20,000 nucleotides of DNA from Mesotaenium endlicherianum (Eukaryota). Location: the NCBI GenBank assembly GCA_009602735.1, contig WELA01002119.1, positions 234,982 to 254,981 of the forward strand, in the 5' to 3' direction. The translations under genes and the position numbers were made by a program. The notes below the pieces were generated by a model that was not told the DNA's origin, ran no database searches, and saw only the letters and a list, made by a program, of their open reading frames with translations. The first letter of the stretch is position 1. Each line of letters opens with the position of its first letter. This document shows positions 1-10,609 of this stretch, in pieces.

Positions 1-560
1 AGGGAGACTATCATAAGACTTTTGCTCCTCTAAGCAGGATTGTCTCGCTGAGGGTGATGGCTTAGATTGCAACAGAAGATTACATAGAGTTGCACCAGAC
101 GGATGTCAAGATAGATTGAAGAAAGAAGTGTATATGGAGAAGTTTGAGAGGTTTATTGATCCAAAGGTCTTCCAAAAAATAGTCGTAAGCCAAAGAAGTC
201 ATTGCATGGATTGAAAGAATCAAAATTTGACTTTTTTCTCTAAGGTGAGGATTTTGTGGAGTCCAATGCGGACAACCGTCTCTACATGATGAGCAAAGGT
301 AACAGAGTCATGCTGGTACTGTATGACTTGCAAGTTGATTGGGAAGAGGAGGGAGTTGTTACACATAGTGAAGGATGTTCTGAGCAGCACTTATGACATG
401 AATGAATTGGAAGTGGAGTTCTTCCTTGCCATGCTGGTGAAAAGGCATGGCCAAAAGGAAAATATTGCTTGGGCAACCAACCTATCTTCATATAACATGA
501 GAAGGCTTGACATGACAGGCTGTAAGCCTATTGTTGTGCCCTTAGACCCTAATTTCCAAG
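1..560 (+). mobile_element. Degenerate Ty1/copia LTR-retrotransposon reverse transcriptase (RVT_2) remnant, running off the left edge
   Basis: Frame from nt 3 reads GDYHKTFAPLSRIVSLRVMA*IATEDYIELHQTDVK (copia DY.ETFAPV...ELHQMDVK). It is followed by EVYME (~127-141), VMLVLYDL (damaged YVDD, ~307-330), VKDVLSSTYDMNELEVEFFLAM (FEMKDLG..FFLG) and DMTGCKPIVVPLDPN (M.DCKP..TP). Contains stops, frameshifts and deletions. Confidence 0.92.
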
Positions 561-2157
561 CATGAGGGATGGCGGGCTTCGCCGCCATGGCTGGCTGCTT
601 GGTTAGTTGGGCCTCGCATGGCCTCCCATTGCTTTTCGTGATGATCTATTTGCTTGGACGTCGACGAGTGTCACTGACTTTTCTCAATGTTTTGGTCTTC
701 GTGATTCTTTGGAGTTGCTTTTGTGAGAGAAATTTGCAGCCCCTCTCACACATTTTAACTATCGAGTGTATCAAGAACGCAGGAGCATGTAGTGATTTAG
801 ATTGTATGGGGATGAGCATACGCCTTTTAGATGGTTTTAATGATGGCCCTAGGGTGGTAGCCTTGAACGTGAAAGTAAGTGCAACTAGGCCTGCGGAACA
901 AGTAGAAGCCGACATATCTAGAAGTGAATGATAGACTTAGTCGGCCAGCAACTGCTAGCTACAGGCTGACTGTGAATTGGTTGTTGGGCTCAAGTGTGGC
1001 AGGCCGACGTCGAGGCGCGTACATGGACAGCCAGAGACCAGCCCGAAATGACTTAGCGAATTGTCCGAAAGTTCCCGACGCTGCCAGGCGCACGTAGCCA
1101 CGCATAAGGGCCCGCATCCAACTGGACGTGACAGGCAGCAGGCGGGTTTAGGCCTGCTCGTCAGAGTCACTCGTGTTCATTGCAACGACTGTCTAACGTT
1201 GCGGTCAAGCGCAAATAGTGGATATGAACTACTACAAAATTCCACTCATGCATACTTACACTTATTTAAATACAGCCGTTAGGTTTCGGCAGCTATTTAA
1301 GCGCATTCTTGAAAAACCACTTGTCATGAAGTTCGTGCCGTGTGGCAACCCCGAAACTAAAGAACTAAAATAAATTTGAACAAAAAAGGACTCAGCTACG
1401 CTTGGTACGGAACTTCGTATTCGAGAGCCCGAGGGTTTTAATTCGCGAGTAGGGTTGGTTGGCAGCAGTTGGCGAAGGGTCCGACCTCGTCACCAGCAAC
1501 AGGGCGAGCAAGCTCGCCGCCATAGCCGTAGACGTAGGCACCACGAGGGTGTAAATGTAAGCGGAGGCTACTAGATACAATAGATATCGCATCTGTGCAT
1601 ATTACACTCGTGCTGAAAGCGAACAGAAAGTCGCCCTTGTCGTAGGGTAAGCATAGGTGAGGATTCAGGAATAAAAGCTAGGGGCCTACAAGTACTTAAT
1701 TGTGACGAGCTTTGGTCATGTTTGGTCATGTTGAAGAGGACACTCCCCGCCCGTGCCTCGAGTCAAAGTAGCAGCTAGACTTGCCCCGTCGTTTGGACTA
1801 AGCGTGCTCACTTTACGTGCAGCAATTGCAAACTGTGGATCGAGCCCAATTTTCTCAGCACAGATTTTGGAACATAGCCACACTTTAAACCGTGAGACAT
1901 GCAACAGGTCTTAGTGTTGAGTAGTAGAGGTATTGGAAGGATTGCAAACTAATGGTTTTATCAACCAAGTGTCCGCCTTATGTCGTGCTGAGTGAGGTCA
2001 ATGGTGAAAGACTTTGCAGGGCATATTCAGGGTTGCTCTTGAACCAGTCGTTTTAGAAGACCCTAAAAAATTAGCAATCATTACAGAAAGCGGTCCTTTT
2101 CAGCTTGTAGGCACCATAGGTGACTTGAATATAGACTTTGGTAGGGGGGAGTCGGAC

Positions 2158-3587
2158 ATGGAGCCTGGACCTGGGCTCGACCCCCCTGGATGCGCTGGTG
2201 AGGTTGCCGCACAACCACAGGGTTCTCATGGAAATGCTAGGGAGGGGAGTGCAGCATGCACGGAATGTGGTAATTCAGCAAAGAAAGATTGTCAGTATCA
2301 TCGCTGCAGAACCTGCTGTAAGGCCAGAGGCTTTTTATGCCCTACTCATATCAAGAGCACGTGGGTGCCAGCTGCCAAACGTAGAGAACGCCAAGCAGCA
2401 GAAGCAGAGGCCGCAGTTGCCACAGGAACTTTGCTTCCCGAAAAGAATAAGAGGCAGAAATCAACAGCTTCCTCCACTCCCAGCACCAGCACCAGTGGAG
2501 GGGGCATAGGTGTTGACGAGCTGGCTGTGGCCGCTCAGGCACATGGTGAGCCATCTCTTTTCTCTTTTCTCTTACACCATTTTCACTGTCGTGTCTGATA
2601 TTATGGTAATACTGGTTGATTATTGCCCCATCAAGTATGCCAGGAGGAGGCTTTGTAACTGCTTGGCATAGCTTTTCTTCTATGTTTTGGGCTTGTGTAC
2701 GCCGCCACTCTTTTCAAGCAAGCAAGCACTTTATAATATCTAACACAACAATACGTGCAACATTAGCAATTGAAAGCTTGATGCTCGTCCGCTTCGCCTA
2801 ATGCAGTCCATGGCCTGGATGCCCATCCACCTTCCTGCTACAATTGTTGTTGTAGTACTTGCATTCCGTCTTGACACACCTTCCAAGAGCAGGTGAATGT
2901 CATTGCCTTTCTGGGGTCCTTACCACTTTGGGACATTTGTTAAATTATTCACTCTATTTCCTTGTGTCACATATTCAAGGAGCCCTCTCCTCTTATTAGG
3001 TCTATCTTTCCTCCATGTGGGCTGGGATTCTTGTTGACCTTATTTTGTACAGGGCCTGCCTCAGCTTCTCCCTCGCTTCTTCTACAATCAGGAAGTGGAG
3101 TCAAGCAAACCTGTAGCTGGCACCAATCAATAATGAGGGAAGGGATGTTTCTTGCTTTGTGAGAACAGCAATCGCATCGAAGCTGCCCCTGCCTGCGGAA
3201 GTCACGGCACAGACGCTCCTCAAGAGCGTGTGCCTCACGGGTGTGGAGGACGGCGTCTTTGAGTTCGGGTACCACGCCACTGTGAAAGTGGGCGGGCACA
3301 TCTTCAAGGGTGTGCTGTACAACGCGGGGATCGACCCCAACAACCCGCCTGCGCACCCCCTGCAGCAGCAGCAGCTGCAGCTGCACCAGCCGCCCCCATC
3401 GCACCACAGCTCCAACAACGGTGAGATGAGCGCCGTCGTGAGCATGAACTCCCGGCCCATCGCCAGCCTGGGCCTGCTCGACTCTGCGCTCTACGGCCCC
3501 TCCAGCAGCCTGATGGGCGTCGACAGCAAAGTGCACGCGGTGCAGGACCTTTTTCACGGGCCATCGCTCGGCTCCCTGGGACTGTAG
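2158..3587 (+). CDS. SRS: SHI/STY (SRS/LRP1 family, DUF702) RING-like zinc-finger transcription factor; 2 exons, 268 aa
   Basis: Exon 1 (2158-2545) encodes [46 protein letters not shown], the SHI zinc finger plus basic NLS. A phase-1 intron runs 2546-3168 (GTGAGC...AACAG). Exon 2 (3169-3587) encodes LPAEV...[23 protein letters not shown] (IGGH domain), polyQ and a TAG stop. Joined length 807 nt is in frame. Confidence 0.93.
3363..3389 (+). repeat. CAG-rich tract encoding QQQQLQLHQ in SRS exon 2
   Basis: cagcagcagcagctgcagctgcaccag read directly. Confidence 0.7.
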
Positions 3588-5913
3588 TGGGCCCAATGGG
3601 CATGCTAGCTTAGCTGATTGGTCAGAGGCGGGGTGGATCCGAGGGGCACACCCACACGCCCTTCCCCTTCTCGAGTCCCGGTGGGGGGAGGCAGACCACA
3701 GGGCAGGACTCTGTTGTGCCCTTCTTTTTACTAGCAGGATGAGGCGGACAGGTGGCAGGCAGGGGGCTAGCATCTTCAGAGACTTTTTGTCTCTATGTCA
3801 TATTGAGACTGGGTCGGTGCAGATTGTCTCGCGTGGCAGGGGTTCTGGATTTATTTTCTTTTGGGGGGGTGGGGGGGTAATGGTGGGAATGTAAGGGCCG
3901 TCGAGGGATAAGTGTGCATATCGGGTTAGGAGCGATTCCAGTCGGGGATGTAGGAGTGTAGGCCTTCCAGTGTCAACGTACATACTGCCTGAGGCATGTT
4001 GGAGCTCAAGCTAAAGAGGTGATGTGGGTTACATATTGTATTCTGGATTGTGTACAAAAGAAGGGTTGCCAGAGTTAGATATGTAGATTTTGGTTGTGAA
4101 AGAAGGGCAGTCGTTTGCCTGGAACAGCCGATAGAGTGTTGAGGGAGGTTGTTCCAGGACAAGCTTAGGTCTTTGCTGTCAGGAAGTCCTTGACCAGAAT
4201 TGGGTGGACTGGCATCTGTCACGTTCTGTTCTCTGAGGGGGCTGGTGATTTTGCGAGGAAAGCAACAGTTAAAAGTGTAGGAGTAACATGTAATATATAC
4301 CCTCTGTTATTAGTCTGTGAATATGTTCTTGTCAAGCTTAGCCCCAATAAGTATCACTTCCTAGACACTTCTAGCTTATGGGCAGCTTCTGGGGCTCAGG
4401 TAGTACGTACACATATACATATACGGTAGAAATACAGGTGCAGGTTAGCCAGTACTTAAATTTCAGAAGGGAATAAAAATCATATTCAGGTAGTGCCTCT
4501 GAATTTTTGGTATGAATGAACTTTCCAGTTTTGATGAAAGTGTGGAGCAGCTTGGTTGATTTTCTTGATGCAATGCTCTTGTCTGGAATATGTCTCCTGA
4601 ATATAATTCTTGTAGTCATTTGCGATGAATCCAATGTATAGGGTTTAGCAAGAGGGCACTTATGGATTAACTTGTAGGTTTCTCAAAGTTCTACGAGGAG
4701 AATGTGACTAGTTTGTAGCAGCTAGGACATGAAGCTTCTATGAAGATTTACTTTCATTACTTTGTTAGACTAGAGACAAGGCAATACACACGCAACGTAA
4801 CACTTCAGTTGTCCATGCCAAATACGTTGCAAAATAATACATATACATGATGCAGCCAGCTCCTTGTCTTTTAGACATGCAATGATTCTTACGCTTTAAG
4901 AATTAAGGGACAATATTAAAAGGGAGCGCTTGTAAATTTCTATGGTGCGACAGTTCGCAAGAAGTTTTCTGACTGTGGATTGCCAGAACAAGAGAAACAA
5001 ACTGTATACAGTCATAAAAAAACATATATATCTCGCTCTTTTTATTACTCAAATTTGTTGGAAGTTACAGACGTTTGTCATAATCTGGAATAGCCTTGAA
5101 TTCATGCAAATGAACAATTTGACAATTTGTGTCCAAATTGCCTGATTTCGAAAGAAAGAAGGTGATTGTAGAAAGAATAGTAGGAGTAGTAGTATGCTAC
5201 AATTGCGCGTCATCTGTTCTTGTCTAGTCCTTTCCTACATGCTGCTACGCTTATCTGTACTTGACTAATTACAAAAACAATACAAAAGGTCAAGACAACT
5301 ATATTCCAACTCCTACCAACAGTCAGGATTGGCAACTGGACTCTTGCTGTGTTGAGGTTGTCTGTCGAATCGCCGCCGTTGGTTATTGCCAATCGACATA
5401 ACATATTGCAACACTAACAACAACAACCACACTATTGTGCATGGCTAAGACTATCGCTGGCACCAACTTCGTTGCCTGTCTCGTGCACCTCCTAGTGGAG
5501 TGGAGGGTTAGAGGGGTGGGTGGGTGGGTCTATGTAGCAGCTACCTTCCTGCTGCAATGAGGCTTCTTTGCAAAGAGAAGCCTTATGAGGGTTTCGTTTG
5601 TCGATGAGACACAACACGTGTGAAATAGATCAAATTTGAACACTTGTCAAACTTTGGTTCGCGCAAACCTTCAATTTAACAGTACAGAGTTGTTTCTTGC
5701 ATATTGACATGGTATAAGTAAAATATATAAGTGGCATGAATGCTACGACCAAGAATTTGTTATACCTTGAACCACATTACGCAAATGAGTTTCTAAGCCG
5801 GCATACACAAAATACAGGTCCCCATACATATGTTCAGGGCTTAATGAGAAGAACCACAAATGAGTAGACTTGCAGCTGTATACTTGCCTAATATTCACGA
5901 CACTTGGGCCATT

Positions 5914-8900
5914 TCACATTTTATCGCTAAGATACGGCAAAGCAGTACAAGTAAGCTGTACTTTTTTTGGAGAAAGAGTAGATACATGTATGCAGTTTTT
6001 GTAAACAAACTGCTGGATTTCAACAAACAAACAGATGCCATGCTTCAAGGAATATGGTGAAAGCTCCCTCGACCTCTTCATTAGAATCAGTAAGTCTTCA
6101 CAAGTACGACGCTCTACATCAGGAGTGCACACATGCCAAGCCAAGACTTCCTTGAAATTGCTCGGGTATCTATGCTTTACATAATCTGGAGCAGTGTGAA
6201 GTGAGTATCCTAGCTCTGCCTGTATTTCCAAATCAAAGTCCTGGAGTCCCTGGTGTACATTTTCAGAAAGGCCAAAATTGTCACCTAATTCATCAGGAGG
6301 TAAATCCGCAGATACAACATCCTCCTCTCCCATCAAGTTGTTGACAATTGTACTTTCATTGTGATCTTCTCTTAACACTTCCGTTTCCAACCTTTCATGA
6401 GTTTCTTCGGCATCTCCAGACTGGTCACTGAGTACATTCACGCTTTCTGTTTTTGCTTCTACATGGTCAGAGTCAGCCTCCTCTCTGGTCAGAGCTTCAC
6501 GCGTTACCCCATTGATTGGCTCTACAACACCTTGGCTGCTCTGGATGCCTCCTCCATTACACCTTTGAGGATAATCAGCAAGCCTTTCCAACACCTCGTC
6601 GTGCCTGTTCTTTGAGTCCAGCAACTCAAAATGATCGTCAAACTCAAAGACGTCTTTTGCGTAACTCTGATCATTTTTCTTCATGAATGGTTGCATGAGG
6701 TAGCTCATGAAGCTGGGCATGCCCTTCCAAGGCTGACCCCTTTTGTGCGACTTCTGCCAAGATGCCAACAAGAGGACCAAGCACCGAACAACCAATATAT
6801 GCACCCGGTAAGAGCGCTGGCTTAAATCTATCAGTTGCGACTAACAGTAACAATTGTTTCATCATGATGAGAGACAGTGAACGTCAGCAAAGAAGACTTA
6901 CATGGATAGTCTGAGTCCGCCCACTTGGTTGTGCAGGAGTCCAACTTTTAGACGGTGATGTTTCCTCCCTGTGACTGGTACCTTGTGCAGTCTCAACTGC
7001 CAGGACATTTTCCACAGCAGCAAGTCCTGTTGTCTTTGTCAACTTCTTGGTCACTACCTCTGCACTTTCCAGAATAATCTTAACTTCACGCTGGTCATCA
7101 CCAACGGCAGCTGGCTCCTGCTCCCTTGCAATTTTGGTAGCAGATGGTTGCTCTAATACTTCATCATTCACGTCGTCCTTGTCATCCTTTATCATTGGAG
7201 CTGCAACCGGAGCTTCCCCGACTTCTACCCTTGCGGAACTCTCTACATGACTTATAGCAGCCCCTGCATCATGTACCTTTCCTTGGGTATTCGGACTGAC
7301 ATCGTGGCTACGAATCTTCTGTACAAGTTCAGATGCTTCCTTTGGCAACATATGCCTTCCAGGATGTCCATAAGCATCGTCTGCTACAACTTCTTGAGCT
7401 TGCATGTCGCCTGACAATTCCTTGGAGCTTAATCCCCCATTGACATCCTGCAAAGGTTCCCCTTTCGCCAGCTCGTCTCTTCTAGGCAGGTTTGGACAAT
7501 CTTGATCCAACCTTAATCTGTTAACAATGGGCTCTTCCATAACCTCCTTCGCTACTTCTGCCAGACCTAATACTGGATCCTTTAAATGCAACCGAAAACC
7601 ATCAACTGACGCCCCAGGTTCCTGTATACTGTGATCTTGAGGCTCCTTCAGAGAATCGGCGGAGGCAAGCTGTGCATCAGGATCTACAACTTCAGGCCAC
7701 CACTCTTCGCAACCTTCCCCCCTCATTTTCGGTGCATCTGGGAGACCAGATTCAAGTTGTGGTTGGGTGATGGGCTGAGCACTAAAGGTAGCCCTGCAAG
7801 CAAAGGAAATCAAGTCATTTCTGCGTCATTAAAAAATGAACAGGTACTCAGCCAAGCCTGATATAGTCAACGAGGTGTCTGTAGCAATCAATCCCCTGCA
7901 AGGTAAAGAAAAAAGAGCTCAAATAGACATATCCTGCCACCAGAGACAAATGAACCACTTACTCTTCTTCAGGAGGCAGTCCACAGGGAGTATCTGGAAT
8001 GGAAAGGGGCCTGTACTCTGTTAATGATGAAGGCTGTCCATTTTCACAGATATCTTGTGGGCTGATTGGCGAGCCTTCGATTTTTCTGCGCTTTGCTGAA
8101 AGTGTTGGAGAAACAGGCGGTGACCGTTCTTGCGACTTCATGAAATGATCTAATCCTCCATAGCCAGGTGACTGCCATCCAACTAGTACCAACTTAGAGT
8201 TGCAGCACAGCACTCTGAACAAACTACTGCATTTGGCATAGTCGGTGTTGCACAAAAGTATAAGTGCTGCAGGTCCAAGGTGGCCATTGGCTTTTCCCAT
8301 CATGGAAAATACAGGTGATGCTCTTTAAGGAGGTCACTACTTACCTCGTTTACATCGCTGCTAGTGCAAGGCAAATGACCAGAATCTGCGGGGGAGCTTA
8401 ATGGTGTGGGGCAGTGCTCTTGGTAATCATCAGGAGTCTCTTCATCTTGACGCCTGATATTACTACCTGGCACGTTACATCACACCAAGAGCAAACACAG
8501 ATTACTCACAAGCTAGGCCAATAATAAGTATATAAGTTGCACACTATGCTGCACGGCAATGAGAACACGCTTAGCTGACTCTGAAGAAACACCATCATAA
8601 CAGAACAGCTTGGCATAGAAGCACAACCTGTTATCTTTGCGTAAAACTCCTCCTGAGAATGTGATAGCTTAGACGTCTCCACGATCTGCAATCCACCCCA
8701 GAAGAGTGAACAAGAATGCAGATTCGCTCATTCGTATATAGTGGAAGATAGTACCAACCGTGGCCTTTACTAGTCAAAACTCGGCTTCTGTCTATTTGCT
8801 GCAATGACTATATCTATGCTACGTGTAGCATGGCCATCTCATACATAAAGGTCCTATCATTTCTGCAGCATCCATCAAAATAACTTTAAGGTGCGCAAAG

Positions 8901-8943
8901 CTGAACTGCATGCGTTGCTTACCAGTCCGTAATCGCCTTCCAT
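5914..8943 (-). CDS. Hypothetical multi-exon protein (~729 aa), acidic/low-complexity with an NLS-like motif; 3' end uncertain (may splice on to ~5583)
   Basis: Phase-consistent GT-AG exons: 8943-8923 (MEGDYGL), 8685-8628, 8466-8345, 8171-7963 (contains AKRRKI), 7895-7848, 7793-6902 and 6753-5914. Total 2190 nt with no internal stop. Four donors are GTAAG[C/T]. The two large exons match ORFs 6884..7813 and 5914..6804. Confidence 0.75.
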
Positions 8944-9619
8944 CTGTTCACAGCATTATATAGATAACCTTTTTCATCATCGTATACTGATTCTATTCCT
9001 TATTCTACAGAACTTTCAACTTTTCCAGAGATTCTTGATATTAAGTCGGCAATTTACTTGAGTGCAACCAAATTGACCAACGGAGTATCAGAACTTAGAG
9101 ATTCTCACAACTGCACCTCCTAGATGTCTAGGGTAAAGAATGTGACGTAAGCCTTGTCATATTTTGCTATTATCTTGTGCCTCAGCCTGCTTTAGCAACT
9201 TCTACAATGAAGGCCGTGGCTCTATATAGAGATTACGGACGCGTTTTAACTCCAGGAGACACCTTCATTAGCAAGCTCTAAAAACCGCTGCTTGCTAAGG
9301 TACCTCGAGGAGTCACTTCGCGCTTCACAGGACGCGCGGTCTTTCACTTTCGCTTTTTGCCGATTTGGCCTGTCGTCATTTGTGACGTCGTTCGAGGTCT
9401 TGCCAACTGTGGCCGACACATTTTGGTGCATTTTGGCACCCGTGGGCCGTGACCTCCCGTGAGTCGTTAGTCGTGACCCGGCCTACAATTTTCGAAAGTG
9501 CACTTATTGCAGGTAAATTTTATTTTTCTTTTGCAGATTATCTCAGTTCATTGCAAATTATGTATGACCAGAGTCAGCTTCCTTCAGTCATGGTTTTCCA
9601 CGTTGTTAGTGGAGTCGTC

Positions 9620-9745
9620 CTCTTGCTCCTCTCCGTATGCTCGTGCCCCATGCGCGTCAAGGTCGTTGCCTGCAGGAGGAGGTGCTGCAGCAGCAGCAGA
9701 CGGGGAAATTCAAAAATAAATGGCGGGATGGCGCTTTGGGACCCA
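9620..9745. repeat. 126-bp direct repeat, copy 1 (partner at 11811-11936)
   Basis: Ungapped manual alignment at offset 2191 with 6 mismatches in 126 (ctcttgctcctctccg...ggcgctttgggaccca). Confidence 0.95.
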
Positions 9746-10609
9746 CGTGGGAGGGCACCAATACATTGAAGTGTTTTGTGGTTGCATCTCAATACTTGCA
9801 GCGATGCTTGTGAGGCAACCCCTGGTGCACACATGTATTTTGGGAGGAATATTTAGTGTGTCAGACGTATCAGTATCATGATTCACAGGTGCAACTTTGC
9901 ATCACAGTGCACAATGTTGCATACACATACCACTTCAATCTCATCGCACATTACAAGGATGCATAAAGTAAAAACATCTCCTTTCTGGAAATTCTTTTGC
10001 ACTAAGAATGAAGTGTCACAATGATGGCATAGGGGATTCCATGAGATTGAAAACGAGAGCAGAGATCCAGGCAGCAAAAATCTGAAACTGATGGACAATG
10101 CGCATGCCCATTGCAGAGCAACATCTGTCTGCCAATACTTGCTCATAGCTGTAATGCCAAACAAAATGTGCTCAATCTGATGAGCTCATCGACCAAACAA
10201 TTAGCGTCAAGCCTAAAGAAAGCCTACAGTAAGAAGCTGGCTTATAGACGCTTCAACGAGCCTAACAGCTCTTTACCCTGCATAATGATTAGACTTCCAC
10301 TGTATCTTTAGCTTCTTGAGAAAAAAAAAGAGGAGTGGAAGGAGTGCAAAAGGCAAGAGGCGGAGAAGATTGAATCTGCTATTGACACAATACGGACATA
10401 GCATTTTTGAAGGCATCAGAACAATAAAAAAGCTATGAAGGAAGCAGCGGTGCACGTTAATTCACATGAACTACATATTGATGAATGAGTAAAAGTTATA
10501 TTAAGTCTAAAAAACTGCCTATCGTGCTATAGTCCTGCATATGGCCTACACCTAAGAGAAAAGAAAAACTCACTAATACTAGGAAGCTACAAAAAGTGGC
10601 ACCATGGCT

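Noticed and set aside
1392..1592. 66-aa hydrophobic minus-strand ORF (signal-peptide-like)
   Set aside because: Short, no recognisable homology or further exons; overlaps the probable SRS promoter/leader.
2014..2157. N-terminal extension of SRS in the ORF track
   Set aside because: Starts at a TTG that is part of a likely splice acceptor (tttgcag); the first ATG is at 2158.
2967..3773. 268-aa minus-strand ORF
   Set aside because: Antisense shadow of the GC3-rich SRS exon 2; no recognisable motifs.
9246..9431. 61-aa minus-strand ORF as first coding exon of the orphan gene
   Set aside because: Its plausible donors are phase 1 or 2, but the exon at 8943 needs phase 0; more likely promoter or 5'UTR.
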